From an uncultured Alphaproteobacteria bacterium (lineage in GTDB: Bacteria; Pseudomonadota; Alphaproteobacteria; RF32; CAG-239): 64,000 bases of DNA. Both the position numbers and the translations under genes were made by a program. The notes under the pieces are model-generated. The model was not told the DNA's origin. It saw nothing but the letters and a program-made list of their open reading frames with translations, and did not search any database. The stretch's first letter is position 1, and each line of letters starts with the position of its first letter. This document shows, in pieces, positions 10,888-21,370 of this stretch. The stretch spans positions 203-64,202 of the forward strand of contig CANRJO010000005.1 in assembly GCA_947630965.1 (NCBI GenBank). Reading direction: 5' to 3'.

Positions 10888-11445
10888 TCAGTAAAAATTC
10901 ACATCATTTAAGACGGCTTCAAAGTCTGCTCTTTGTGGCGAAGCAAGGTAAGCGCCCGCCTTAATTTCCAAAGCTTTCAAAATAAACTGCCGAAGCTTGA
11001 TAAAGTGCTTCCCATCAATGCTATAAAACGCCACATAGTCAGACCCTTTACGCAAAAGCCGATACCACATTTGATGAACATCCCTTTCAAGCGGAACATT
11101 TGCCCAATCAGAGTTTCCGCACACCGTTAAACAAGAGCCTATTTCCACCGCGCTCGATTCGTTATACATCAGCGAAACCTTAAACCAGTTAGCAGCATCA
11201 AGGCGCAACATCAACCCGCATTGTGAAAATTTATCAGCATTTTGAAAATTCCAACAAACATCTAAAGTAAAATTTTGATCTGATTTTTTATAAAAGAAAT
11301 GCCCGTTATCTATATGCACATCATGCGCCGAGTTTTGCCAAAAATCCGTTTGCTCTGTGGCAATCAGGCGCATTTCCTCACCGCGGAAAAACACATTTTC
11401 CGGCTCATTATACCATTCAAAATCTTTTAAGTTTTCAAGTTTCAT
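10888..11445 (-). CDS. DUF1349 (concanavalin-like) protein
   Basis: WYNEP, TDFWQ, DNGHF, QCGLM, SDW, ASPQ motifs. Confidence 0.85.
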   Translation of the reverse strand: MKLENLKDFEWYNEPENVFFRGEEMRLIATEQTDFWQNSAHDVHIDNGHFFYKKSDQNFTLDVCWNFQNADKFSQCGLMLRLDAANWFKVSLMYNESSAVEIGSCLTVCGNSDWANVPLERDVHQMWYRLLRKGSDYVAFYSIDGKHFIKLRQFILKALEIKAGAYLASPQRADFEAVLNDVNFY

Positions 11446-12389
11446 CAAAAGGTCCTGACGGCGGTATCCGTAACATGACTTAAAGCCTCTTCCAAAGCCT
11501 TATCTTGTTTTTGGGGCGCCATAATTTTAAGTGTAATAATTTCATCGCCGCTTGTTTTGCCCTGCACAATGCCCTTGCCTTTCAAACGGAGCTTTTCGCC
11601 GCTAGAAGAATATGGCGGCACACTCACCTTAACTTTGCCCGTGAGTGTCGGCACCGTGATTTTAGCCCCCATCACGGCTTCTTTAATGCTGATGGGCAAA
11701 TCCAAAAGCACATTTTTACCTTCGGTTTTAAAATAAGGGTGTGTGCCAACTTTAACAGTAATAAGCGCATCGCCATTAGCACCGCCCTGCACGCCGGCAT
11801 ACCCCAACCCCTTTAAGCGCAAAGTCTGCCCGTCTGTTGTTCCTGCCGGAATTTTAACCTGAATGTTTTTACCATTTAGATTAATACTTTTTTCGGCCCC
11901 TGTCGCAGCTTCCAAAAAGCCGACATCCATTGTGTAGGCGGCATCTTGACCTTTTTGCGGAGCATGAAACCCAAACCCGCCTCCAGAACGCCTGCCACCT
12001 GTAAATTGTGACATAATATCATCCCCAAAGAGCGAGGAAAAATCAAACCCGCCGCCATCACCAAACGGATTGCCGCCCGTACTTGTATAAGTTCGGTATG
12101 TCCCGCCCCCAAATGGATTTCCTTCAAAACCGCCCTGCCCAAAACCGGCGCCAAACCCTGTTGGTTTGCCCTCGGCATCTATTTCGTTGTTATCATATTT
12201 TTGGCGTTTTTCTTTATCGCCCAAAATTTCATAAGCACATGAAACTTCTTTAAATTTTTCGGCAGCGTTTTTATCATCTTTGTTCAGATCAGGATGATAT
12301 TTGCGCGCAAGCTTCCGATACGCAGATTTCACCTCCGCATCGGTTGCCGAACGGGATATACCTAAAACATCATATAGATTCTTATTCAT
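11445..12389 (-). CDS. DnaJ-class chaperone (CbpA-like, no Zn finger)
   Basis: J domain with HPD, G/F-rich linker, DnaJ_C domain; start set at [10 protein letters not shown]. Confidence 0.92.
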   Translation of the reverse strand: MNKNLYDVLGISRSATDAEVKSAYRKLARKYHPDLNKDDKNAAEKFKEVSCAYEILGDKEKRQKYDNNEIDAEGKPTGFGAGFGQGGFEGNPFGGGTYRTYTSTGGNPFGDGGGFDFSSLFGDDIMSQFTGGRRSGGGFGFHAPQKGQDAAYTMDVGFLEAATGAEKSINLNGKNIQVKIPAGTTDGQTLRLKGLGYAGVQGGANGDALITVKVGTHPYFKTEGKNVLLDLPISIKEAVMGAKITVPTLTGKVKVSVPPYSSSGEKLRLKGKGIVQGKTSGDEIITLKIMAPQKQDKALEEALSHVTDTAVRTF

Positions 12390-12436
12390 CTTAAGCCTTT
12401 TAAAAACCTTTCTTATTAAAGGTTGATATAGGGCGT

Positions 12437-12829
12437 TTAATTGGCGTTTGCAAGACCGCGGCAATCAAATGTGGCACGCCGCATATTGTTACGATACAAC
12501 ACAATCTCGCGCAAGACGGCTTGCCATGTTTCATTTTTATCGGCGCAATATTTTTGAGCCATCGGCAAAAGCGCATCAACGCGGACATTAGCGTACTCAT
12601 ATGTCACATAATCTTCACCGCGCGCTTTTGTACTCACCCCAACACGCATGGCCGCCCCACCGACTGTATTTTCAGAGACTTGAACACGCCGAGCAACCGT
12701 ATTTTCAGAAGCTTCAACACGCACAGGCTGAGAGTTCGAGTCGTTATCCGGAAACAACGGCCCCGAATGATACGTCCGGCACCCCACTGTCAAAACACAT
12801 AAAAGACATAAAACCAAAATTTTTTTCAT
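12437..12829 (-). CDS. Hypothetical lipoprotein
   Basis: Signal peptide with lipobox LTVG-C; GGAG RBS. Confidence 0.7.
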   Translation of the reverse strand: MKKILVLCLLCVLTVGCRTYHSGPLFPDNDSNSQPVRVEASENTVARRVQVSENTVGGAAMRVGVSTKARGEDYVTYEYANVRVDALLPMAQKYCADKNETWQAVLREIVLYRNNMRRATFDCRGLANAN

Positions 12830-12886
12830 GATTGTTCTCCGTTAAAAATCTGCACATATTCTAACTGATGAACCTTAAAAATTTAA

Positions 12887-13192
12887 TTAACGATAAAGCT
12901 CATCATAAATTTCTTTGCCCGCCCGTTGCAAAATTTGATAAATACGGCGATTTTTGCCTGTTTTTGTACGGCTGTTCGTAAGCTTAGCAAGCATTCTTTG
13001 GAGATCTTGATTAAATTTTTCATTTTGGCGCAACTTTTCCATATCTCGCACAACTTCTTCATCATTTATCTTATAATCTGTCACCACTTTAAGTGTGGCA
13101 AGATATGCCGCATCTTTTTGTGCGGCAAATTGTGCCATAGCACTAGTGGCATTTATACATACCAAAAAGACCGTAACAAGCATTAATCGCAT
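12887..13192 (-). CDS. Hypothetical secreted protein
   Basis: Signal peptide ending AMA-QFA; AGGAG RBS. Confidence 0.7.
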   Translation of the reverse strand: MRLMLVTVFLVCINATSAMAQFAAQKDAAYLATLKVVTDYKINDEEVVRDMEKLRQNEKFNQDLQRMLAKLTNSRTKTGKNRRIYQILQRAGKEIYDELYR

Positions 13193-13267
13193 AGCTTTCT
13201 CCTTGACGAATTTATTTTTTTACCGCTATAGTATAATACGTTTTTTAATTTTAGAAAGAACATTTTG

Positions 13268-14236
13268 ATGAAAAAAACACTTTGGGTTTTGTTGGATAGC
13301 CGCACGGGAAGCGTTGGTCAGGCGCGAGGCGTCATAAAGCAACTCAATACCGAAAAGTTTGAGATTGTTGAAAAAAAGCTTGATTACACAAAGTTTTCCG
13401 GTTTGCCTAACTTTGTGCGTGGCAAAACACTCATCGGCTTAACGCCTGAGAGCAAAAAAAGCATTATTCAACCTTGGCCTGACTTAGTTTTATCAACAAG
13501 CCGCCGCACGGTTCCCGTGGCGCGTTACATTAAAAAACAAAGTTTCAAAACAAAGCTCATTCAGCTGATGTACCCTGGGCGCACAGGCTTGCGCGAGTTT
13601 ACACTTGCCATTGTGCCTGAGCACGATAAAAACAAAAAATATTACCCCAACATTCGTTACATTGTCGGCAGCCCGCATCGAACCACGCCGGAAACGTTAG
13701 CAGAAGCGCAAGAAAAATGGGCGCCTGTCTTTCAAAATCTGCCAAAACCTTATACAGCGCTCATTATCGGTGGTGCCATCAAAGGCAAGGCTTTTTCCTT
13801 GGAAAATGCCAAAAATCTGGCACGCTCTGCCCGACAGTTGGTTGAGAAATCGGGCGGTTCGCTCTTAATTACCACCTCCAGGCGCACAGGCACCAAAGCT
13901 GAAGCCGTCATCATGAAAGTTTTGCAAGGCATTCCCGCACACACTTTTTTATGGGGCGCTAAAGATGAAAACCCTTATTTGGGCTATTTAGCATGCGCCG
14001 ACAAAATCATTGTTACCGGTGATTCCGTTTCCATGTGCAGTGAAGCCTGCGGCAGTGGCAAGCCTGTGTTTATCTTCACGGGCAGACATTGGCTCACACG
14101 AAAGCACATCCGTTTTGTGGCATCGCTGTTTAAAAATGGCTATGCTGCGGCATTAAAAGAGCGCTTGTTTAACTTCAAGCCCAAAGGCACGTTAAACGCC
14201 GCCGTTGATGCTGCAAAGATGATTGAAGAGCTCTAA
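13268..14236 (+). CDS. ELM1/DUF1022 family protein
   Basis: VPEHD, LIIGG, ITTSRRT, NPYLGYLA..D.IIVTGDSVSMCSEA motifs. Confidence 0.9.
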   Translation: MKKTLWVLLDSRTGSVGQARGVIKQLNTEKFEIVEKKLDYTKFSGLPNFVRGKTLIGLTPESKKSIIQPWPDLVLSTSRRTVPVARYIKKQSFKTKLIQLMYPGRTGLREFTLAIVPEHDKNKKYYPNIRYIVGSPHRTTPETLAEAQEKWAPVFQNLPKPYTALIIGGAIKGKAFSLENAKNLARSARQLVEKSGGSLLITTSRRTGTKAEAVIMKVLQGIPAHTFLWGAKDENPYLGYLACADKIIVTGDSVSMCSEACGSGKPVFIFTGRHWLTRKHIRFVASLFKNGYAAALKERLFNFKPKGTLNAAVDAAKMIEEL

Positions 14237-15306
14237 ATTTTTTCAAAATTAACACGCGGATCCACAAGCGCATAGGTTAAATCGCTCACAAGTTTAAGCA
14301 CAAGCCCAATGAGCGCAAAAATATAAAGCGTGCCGAAAATAACCGGATAATCACGCGTCATAATGGCGTCATACCCCAAAAGCCCTAAACCGTTGAGTGA
14401 AAACACAACCTCAATCAGGAGTGCGCCCGTAAAGAGCATTTTAATCAAAAGCGAAGGAAAACCCGCAATCACAATCATCATCGCATTCCTGAAAACATGC
14501 CCGTATAAAATGCGGTTTTCGCTCAAACCTTTGGCGCGCGCTGTCAAAACATAGGGCTTATTGAGCTCATCGGAAAACGAGTTTTTGGTCAGCATCGTCA
14601 AGGTGGCAAAACCACCAACCGTCATAGAAAAAACAGGCAACGCAATATGATGAAAATAATCCCCGATTTTGTGCATCAGGCTCAAATCCGCAAAATTATC
14701 CGATGTCAACCCGCGCAACGGAAACCATTGGAAATAAACCCCGCCGGCAAAAAAGACAATCAAAAACACCGCTAGCAAAAACACCGGCACCGCCGAACCA
14801 AAAATAACGGCAAAAGAGGTCAAAACATCAAAACGGCTCCCGTCTTTTAACGCCTTTTTAATGCCAAGCGGAATGGCAATCAGATAAATCAGGAGCGTTG
14901 ACCACAGCCCGAGCGAAACCGAAACCGGCATACGCTCTAGAATAAGCGCGCCAACAGTTTTATCCTGATAGTAGCTTTTACCAAAGTCGAACAACGCGTA
15001 ATCTTTAACCATTTTCAAAAAGCGTTGCGGCAAAGGTTTGTCAAAGCCGAATTGCTTTTCCAAATCTTTCACCAAATCTTCCGGCACACCCCGCGCCCCC
15101 TGATAAGCATTGTTTTTGGATTTTTGCATAGCGCTCGGTGTGGCAGAAAACTGCGCCTTGCTATCCACATTCATCCCTTGATATTTAGCAAGCACATATT
15201 CCACAGGTCCACCAGGGGCAAGTTGGATAATGCAAAAATTAACCGTCAAAATCCCTAAAAGCGTAAGCGGGATAAGAAGCAAGCGTTGTAAAATATATTT
15301 CTGCAT
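14233..15306 (-). CDS. yejB: Peptide ABC transporter permease YejB
   Basis: IIQLAPGGPVE, FGFDKP, TARAKGL, HVFRNAM, VDPRVNFE. Confidence 0.9.
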   Translation of the reverse strand: MQKYILQRLLLIPLTLLGILTVNFCIIQLAPGGPVEYVLAKYQGMNVDSKAQFSATPSAMQKSKNNAYQGARGVPEDLVKDLEKQFGFDKPLPQRFLKMVKDYALFDFGKSYYQDKTVGALILERMPVSVSLGLWSTLLIYLIAIPLGIKKALKDGSRFDVLTSFAVIFGSAVPVFLLAVFLIVFFAGGVYFQWFPLRGLTSDNFADLSLMHKIGDYFHHIALPVFSMTVGGFATLTMLTKNSFSDELNKPYVLTARAKGLSENRILYGHVFRNAMMIVIAGFPSLLIKMLFTGALLIEVVFSLNGLGLLGYDAIMTRDYPVIFGTLYIFALIGLVLKLVSDLTYALVDPRVNFEKI

Positions 15307-17108
15307 TATTCCTCCAAAGTTTTATCCCACCACGAAAGCGGCTGAAAGCCCACTTTCAAATTGGTTTCCGGCATCCCAAAACGGTTGCGATACCCCACCC
15401 GATGATAAGGCGAATACCATTGAAAAATCAGATAATTTTCGCTCAAAAGCACCCGATCAAGCGCGCGTACATACGCCTCATATACATCTCTTGTTTGCGC
15501 GCGGACAATGCCTTCTATCAGGGCATCGACAACCTCGTTTTGAATGCCCATAATATTATAACTTCCCTTCACATCGGCGGCGGGGCTCCCAAACATTTCT
15601 TTCAGCTCATTGCCGGGCAGACTGCTCATGCGGTATGACATAATCGCCATATCATAGTCAAACTGATCCATACGGTTTTTAAACACATTGACTTCCAAAT
15701 TTCGAAAAGTCGCTTTTATCCCGATTTTTTTGAGGTTGGCAATAAAGGGCAACATCACGCGCGTAAAAGTGGAGCCATTGGCAGAATTGCTCAAAACCTC
15801 AATCTCCAAAGGTTCTTTCGTTTCAAGGAAAACCATTTTGCCATCAACAAAATCGTACCCCGCCTCTTGCAAAAGCTTCACAGCCGTGCGCAGATTTTCG
15901 CGCACTTTTTGCGGGGTAGAATGATCAGGGAGCGTAAAAGGCTTTTCAAAAACATCAGCATCAATTTGCGGGCGGAATTTTTCCAAAATCCGTTTTTCCA
16001 ACCCTTGCGGCAACCCTGTCGCCTCCATACCCGTATTGGTAAAATAGCTATACAAACGCTGATATTGCTTATAAAAAAGTTTCTCATTGGCAAAGTCAAA
16101 GTTAAACGCCAAATTGATGGCTTGCCGCACGCGCTTGTCCTGAAACGGCGGACGCCTCAAGTTAAAGGCAAAAAATTGCAAAACCGCCGGTTCCTGATGT
16201 TCAAAGCTTTTCTGAACAACATCACCTCTCGCAACAAGCTCATTATCATAGCCTGTTGCCCATATTTTGGCAATATATTCTTCCCGCGCATCAATATTGC
16301 CCGCAAACAGCGCTTGAAGCGTGACGGTTGTATCCTGATACCAGTCAATCCGAATTTCATCAAAATTAAAAAAGCCACGGCGCGAGGGTAAATCTTTTGC
16401 CCAATAATTAGGGTTGCGTTCCAAAACAACAAACTTGCCTGCCTGAAAATCCTTAATCCGATACGGACCGTTGCCAAGTGGCACCCGAAGACTGGGCTTT
16501 GAAAAATCAAGCCCTTCCCAATCCTTTTGTGAAAAAACTTTAATTTGTGTCACAATCAGGGGAAGTTCCTTGTTTTGCGCACCTTTCCTAAAATGAAATT
16601 TCACCGCGTGCGGACTTATTTTTTCAACACGCTCGACATCGGCATAATAAACCTTATAAATCGGCGCGCCCTTTTCAAGCAAAACGTTAAAGCTAAAGAT
16701 AACATCATCAGCTGTCACGGGCGAGCCATCAGCAAAGCGAGCGCGTTCATCAAGCTTTAAAGTAAGTGTTTCATTTTGAGCATCAAAATCAAAATCTTTT
16801 GCAATCAGCGGATAAACCGTCCCCACATCATCGGTAGATGTCACGGCCAAGCTGTCCCAAATAAGCTCGGCAATTGTTCCTGACGCCGCCCCCTTAAAAA
16901 TATAAGGGTTAAAGTTATCAAACCCGCCATATTCGGGAATAACCAACCGCCCACCTTTGGGCGCATCGGGGTTGACATAAGCAAAACTTGTAAAACCCGC
17001 CTTATACTTCGGGCTCCCATAAAGCGAAAGATAAGGCGTAGCAGAAGCGGCAAAGGAAAAAAAGAACGCAACAAAAAAAGATAAATAAAATTTATTTTTG
17101 CGAATCAT
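15306..17108 (-). CDS. yejA: Peptide ABC transporter substrate-binding protein YejA
   Basis: LYGSPKY, YVNPDAPKGG, FDNFNPYIFKG, ARFADGSPVTADDV. Confidence 0.9.
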   Translation of the reverse strand: MIRKNKFYLSFFVAFFFSFAASATPYLSLYGSPKYKAGFTSFAYVNPDAPKGGRLVIPEYGGFDNFNPYIFKGAASGTIAELIWDSLAVTSTDDVGTVYPLIAKDFDFDAQNETLTLKLDERARFADGSPVTADDVIFSFNVLLEKGAPIYKVYYADVERVEKISPHAVKFHFRKGAQNKELPLIVTQIKVFSQKDWEGLDFSKPSLRVPLGNGPYRIKDFQAGKFVVLERNPNYWAKDLPSRRGFFNFDEIRIDWYQDTTVTLQALFAGNIDAREEYIAKIWATGYDNELVARGDVVQKSFEHQEPAVLQFFAFNLRRPPFQDKRVRQAINLAFNFDFANEKLFYKQYQRLYSYFTNTGMEATGLPQGLEKRILEKFRPQIDADVFEKPFTLPDHSTPQKVRENLRTAVKLLQEAGYDFVDGKMVFLETKEPLEIEVLSNSANGSTFTRVMLPFIANLKKIGIKATFRNLEVNVFKNRMDQFDYDMAIMSYRMSSLPGNELKEMFGSPAADVKGSYNIMGIQNEVVDALIEGIVRAQTRDVYEAYVRALDRVLLSENYLIFQWYSPYHRVGYRNRFGMPETNLKVGFQPLSWWDKTLEE

Positions 17109-18078
17109 CTTCGTTCATCCAACCACCAAACGGATAAGCAATCTGTTTTTCCTCACGCGTATTTTTTTCTTCAGCGCGAGTATCTTCCCCCGTTAGAGAG
17201 ACATCAAGCCGTGGCTGATAAGCCTCTGCTTGATCTGTCGTAACAGTTTCTTCTGGTATTTCCATTTTTTCACGCAACTTGGAAAAAAAGTTTTCGTCTT
17301 CATCCTCAACCGCCGGCGCCGGTTCATTAAGCGAAGCCTCAAACCTGATTTCTTGAACAGGCTGTTCCACGCGCGACACTATGCCTTCTGCTTCCGCAAC
17401 AGGTGCTAAAATGGCATAAACCTTGCCCATCACACCTGTTTCCAAAATGTGGAGAAACACGCGCTCTTTATCATGCTTTTCCAAAAGCGAGCACAAATTT
17501 TGGTACCGATTGCAAAATTCTTGCAACGTGCCTTTGAAAATGGAATCTTTGGCAGCTTTTTGCGCGAGATAAACGGCAAAATCAGGCGCCGCTTGAGCTG
17601 CTTCCAAAAAAGATTTTCCAATAACCCAACGCTCGCCGTTTTTAACACGTTTCCAGAGTTGTTCTGTTTCAAGGCTTGACGCGGCATTCGAATTTTGAGC
17701 AATTTCAGCCAAAAGCTCATTCAAATCCGCCACAAAAACATCAAATTTCTGAATAACAAAACCGTCTTTAATTTCTTTTTGCGCCTCAAGCATCAGCCGG
17801 ACAGTAAGATCTGTATAATCAATATTTTTCTTAACTTGCCCCAAAAGCCTGTTTTGTTGTGCTGTTTTTTCCCGTTCATAAGAAACGCGCATCACAACGC
17901 TATAGATGTGCCAAATAATCCACACGGGAACAAAAACAAGCGCCGTATAAATAATAAAATCTGGCATTTCAAGTGACGAAAGCGCTTTTTCGCCCAACTG
18001 TTGAGAAAGAAAATTAAAAACATAAACAAGCCAAACAGTCGTTGAAAACACTGAAAAAAACAATGCCGACATATACAT
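17092..18078 (-). CDS. Hypothetical membrane protein
   Basis: Two N-terminal hydrophobic helices and an acidic C-terminus; GGAG RBS. Confidence 0.7.
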   Translation of the reverse strand: MYMSALFFSVFSTTVWLVYVFNFLSQQLGEKALSSLEMPDFIIYTALVFVPVWIIWHIYSVVMRVSYEREKTAQQNRLLGQVKKNIDYTDLTVRLMLEAQKEIKDGFVIQKFDVFVADLNELLAEIAQNSNAASSLETEQLWKRVKNGERWVIGKSFLEAAQAAPDFAVYLAQKAAKDSIFKGTLQEFCNRYQNLCSLLEKHDKERVFLHILETGVMGKVYAILAPVAEAEGIVSRVEQPVQEIRFEASLNEPAPAVEDEDENFFSKLREKMEIPEETVTTDQAEAYQPRLDVSLTGEDTRAEEKNTREEKQIAYPFGGWMNEDDSQK

Positions 18079-18250
18079 TGAATTTGCTCCTTTTTGATAA
18101 ATTTAACTTATCCTATGCCGAATTTGCCCCGTTTTCAACGAAAATCAGCCTGATATAAAAAGAAAAATCAACAAGAGCGAAAATAGCAGATGAATTTTTC
18201 AAAAAAAAATGTTATGAAAAAGGCAAGAGTAACAAAAAACGAGGAAAAAG

Positions 18251-19246
18251 ATGACTCCCGAGTCTGATCAGGCAGTGCTTGATTTTGAAAAAAGCATTGT
18301 TGAAATTGAAGAAAAAATTGAGCATTTGAAAGTGCTCGCTAAAGATGAAGATATGGATATTTCCAAGGAAATACGCCGCCTTCAAGCCAAGCTTACGCGT
18401 TCTTTAAATCAGGCGTATCAAAATTTAACGCCGTGGCAAAAAGCACAGATTGCGCGCCACCCGAACCGCCCGCATTGCCTTGATTACATTAAGGCGCTGA
18501 TTGATAATTTCGTAATGCTTTCAGGCGATAGGTTTTTTGCTGATGATGAAGCCATGATCACGGGCATTGGTAGCTTTGAAGGCGTGCCTGTCGCCGTGAT
18601 TGGTCAGGAAAAAGGGCATGATTTGGAAACACGTATGAAGCACAATTTCGGCATGGCAAAGCCTGAAGGTTACCGCAAGGCGCAACGCATTATGGATTTA
18701 GCCGACCGCATGAACATGCCTGTTTTAACATTTGTGGACACGGCAGGCGCTTACCCCGGCATTGATGCCGAAGAGCGTGGTCAGGCAGAAGCGATTGCCT
18801 CCTCTATTGAAAAATGCCTTCAAATCAAAAGTCCGCTCATTGCCACCGTCATTGGTGAGGGTGGCTCCGGTGGTGCCATTGCCATTGCAGCGGCCAACGT
18901 TGTTTTGATGTTGGAGCATGCCATATATTCGGTTATATCTCCCGAAGGGTGCGCCTCCATTTTGTGGCGTTCTGGCGATAAAACCAAAGAAGCAACGGAA
19001 GTTTTAAAATTAACCGCGCAAGATTTGAAAAATTTTGACGTGATTGATGAAATTATCCCCGAGCCTTTAGGTGGCGCGCATCGCAAGCCGGAAGCCGTTT
19101 TCGAGAACCTGCGCAAAGTTTTGCGCCGCCGTTTAGCAGATTTTGCCACCTTATCAAGTGATGAAATCAAAAAACAACGCACTGAAAAATTTTTGGAAAT
19201 GACGCGCAACCTCAAAATTGTTCCGGCAACGCAAGTCAAAAAATAA
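18251..19246 (+). CDS. accA: Acetyl-CoA carboxylase carboxyltransferase alpha subunit
   Basis: ARHPNRP, NFGMAKPEGYRKA, GEGGSGGA, YSVISPEGCASILW. Confidence 0.97.
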   Translation: MTPESDQAVLDFEKSIVEIEEKIEHLKVLAKDEDMDISKEIRRLQAKLTRSLNQAYQNLTPWQKAQIARHPNRPHCLDYIKALIDNFVMLSGDRFFADDEAMITGIGSFEGVPVAVIGQEKGHDLETRMKHNFGMAKPEGYRKAQRIMDLADRMNMPVLTFVDTAGAYPGIDAEERGQAEAIASSIEKCLQIKSPLIATVIGEGGSGGAIAIAAANVVLMLEHAIYSVISPEGCASILWRSGDKTKEATEVLKLTAQDLKNFDVIDEIIPEPLGGAHRKPEAVFENLRKVLRRRLADFATLSSDEIKKQRTEKFLEMTRNLKIVPATQVKK

Positions 19247-19843
19247 ATGCTCTCGATTCGCGCCATATTGGAAAAAACTTATAACGCCATGCTCAAGGCT
19301 TCAAGGCATCGTTATGCCTTATGGTTTTTGTTTGCGGTCTCATTTGCCGAAAGCTCTTTTTTCCCGATTCCGCCTGATATTATGCTGATTCCTATGGTTT
19401 TGGCAGCGCCGTCAAAAGCGTGGCGATTAGCGCTTTTATGTACGGTAGCAAGCGTATTGGGCGGTTTCTTCGGTTATTTTATTGGCGTTTATTTGTTTGA
19501 CCTCATTGCCGAACCACTCCTTAATTTTTACGGCTATTTAGAAAAATTCAAAACCTTTGAGGGTTATTATCATCAATACGGCGCATGGATTGTTTTTGGC
19601 GCGGGCATCACACCTTTCCCATACAAAATCATCACCATTGCAAGTGGCGCGGTACATTTAAACTTGGCGGTATTTACCATTGCCTCTGTTTTAGCGCGCG
19701 GCATCAGGTTTTATTTAATTGCGTGGCTTTTGAAAAAATACGGCGCGCCCATGAAAACATTTATCGAGAAAAACTTGGGTTGGCTCTCGATTCTCTTTTT
19801 GATTTTGCTTATTGGCGGATTCGCGCTTTTGAAATGGCTTTAA
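19247..19843 (+). CDS. YqaA/DedA family membrane protein
   Basis: SFAESSFFPIPPD, GITPFPYK. Confidence 0.9.
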   Translation: MLSIRAILEKTYNAMLKASRHRYALWFLFAVSFAESSFFPIPPDIMLIPMVLAAPSKAWRLALLCTVASVLGGFFGYFIGVYLFDLIAEPLLNFYGYLEKFKTFEGYYHQYGAWIVFGAGITPFPYKIITIASGAVHLNLAVFTIASVLARGIRFYLIAWLLKKYGAPMKTFIEKNLGWLSILFLILLIGGFALLKWL

Positions 19844-21232
19844 TCAGTCGCCCTGCCTGATTTTTTCAATCAGTTCTTTAACCGTCGGGATCCCGTTACG
19901 ATATAATGGATCCGTTGCAAACCGATACACTTGATGTCCAGCAAACAACAAATGATCTTTAATACTGCCGCCGTGCCCAACCTCATAAAGTGTTTTGTGA
20001 ATGCAATAGGTGCGCGGATCAGGAAGCTTCCCCGTGGTGCCGTTGGCGCGCGACCACGTTGAAAATTGGCAAGCCGAAAGGCAGCCCACGCACTCCGCGC
20101 GATCTTTTTTCATTTTCTGCCATTCTTCAGGCGTTAAAAACACCACGGTCTGATCAGGCGTTTCCTGAACAACGCTAAAGCCCTCATTTATTTGACGCTC
20201 GGCTTTTTGAACATCTTCGGGCTTAATATAAATGGTTCGATTCGCATTCATTTCAAACGCGTGCGAAAACGTTTCCGAAGGCTCGTTTTCAAAAGCAACT
20301 TCGCCTTTTTGGCGTTCAATCAAACGCTCCAAGAAAGAGTTTTTAATCGCGGACGAGAAAAAACCAGTCGGGCTGAATTTTTGCAAAATGACATCGCCTT
20401 TTTTAAGGTGGAGCATCAAATTTTTCCACGCGTCACTAATCGGGCTTTCTTGCGTAATCATCGGGCGCGTACCGAACTGAAACGCCACATCGCCCAACTC
20501 GGGGTTATCAATATAATCTTCCCAATCGCTTAATTTCCAAACACCACCGGCAATAATAATCGGCGTTTTCTCAAGTCCCAAAGCGCGCATCACACGCCTT
20601 AATTCCACCAAGCGGTTATACGGCGGCTCAGGCTGAGCCGGATTTTCAGCATTGGAAAGCCCATTATGCCCGCCGGCAAGCCACGGATCTTCATACACAA
20701 CACCACCCAAAAACTCAGCGCATTTAGAATATGCCCTTTTCCACAAAATCTGAAAAGCGCGCGCGGAAGAGATAATCGGATAGTAATACACGCCGTATTT
20801 TGAAGCCAATTCGCCCAAATGATACGGCAACCCTGCCCCACATGTCACACCATGAATAAGTCCTTTGGCGCCTTGTAAAATGCGTTCAATCATCTGTTCG
20901 GAATCAGCCATTTCCCAAAGCATATTCATATGAATGCGCCCTTTACCACCACTAATTTCATACGCAAGCTTAGCTTGGTCAATACCGCCCTGAACAGCAT
21001 ATTCCACCATTTCTGCATGACGTTCGGTGCGGATTCGCTTGGTAAAATGCTCCAAAATGACATGCCCTTGATTATCAAGCGCATCAGGGCTTACGCCTGA
21101 AAACGTACCCACGCAGTTTTCATGAGCCCAAGCGCCGGCGCTGCGTCCGTTACTGGCGTTTATCCCTTTGCCGCCTTCAACAAGGGGCAAAACCTCTTTA
21201 CCTGATAAGATGATAGAATTTAACTTTTTCAA
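19844..21232 (-). CDS. Nitronate monooxygenase/FabK-like flavin oxidoreductase with C-terminal Cys cluster
   Basis: PLVEGGKG, VTCGAG, EDPWLAGGHNG, FQFGTR, CVGCLSAC; TTG start with GAGGA RBS. Confidence 0.8.
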   Translation of the reverse strand: MKKLNSIILSGKEVLPLVEGGKGINASNGRSAGAWAHENCVGTFSGVSPDALDNQGHVILEHFTKRIRTERHAEMVEYAVQGGIDQAKLAYEISGGKGRIHMNMLWEMADSEQMIERILQGAKGLIHGVTCGAGLPYHLGELASKYGVYYYPIISSARAFQILWKRAYSKCAEFLGGVVYEDPWLAGGHNGLSNAENPAQPEPPYNRLVELRRVMRALGLEKTPIIIAGGVWKLSDWEDYIDNPELGDVAFQFGTRPMITQESPISDAWKNLMLHLKKGDVILQKFSPTGFFSSAIKNSFLERLIERQKGEVAFENEPSETFSHAFEMNANRTIYIKPEDVQKAERQINEGFSVVQETPDQTVVFLTPEEWQKMKKDRAECVGCLSACQFSTWSRANGTTGKLPDPRTYCIHKTLYEVGHGGSIKDHLLFAGHQVYRFATDPLYRNGIPTVKELIEKIRQGD

Positions 21233-21370
21233 TGAAGGATCCTCTTTTTTTTCAAAATTTTTCTTAAATATAATCTTTTTGATTGAAAAGAAAAGTACGC
21301 ACTTCAAAATCACATAGTTTCTTCAAAGAAACTATAGCCTGTTTAAGCCGATTTCACGCCTTAAAAAAAT

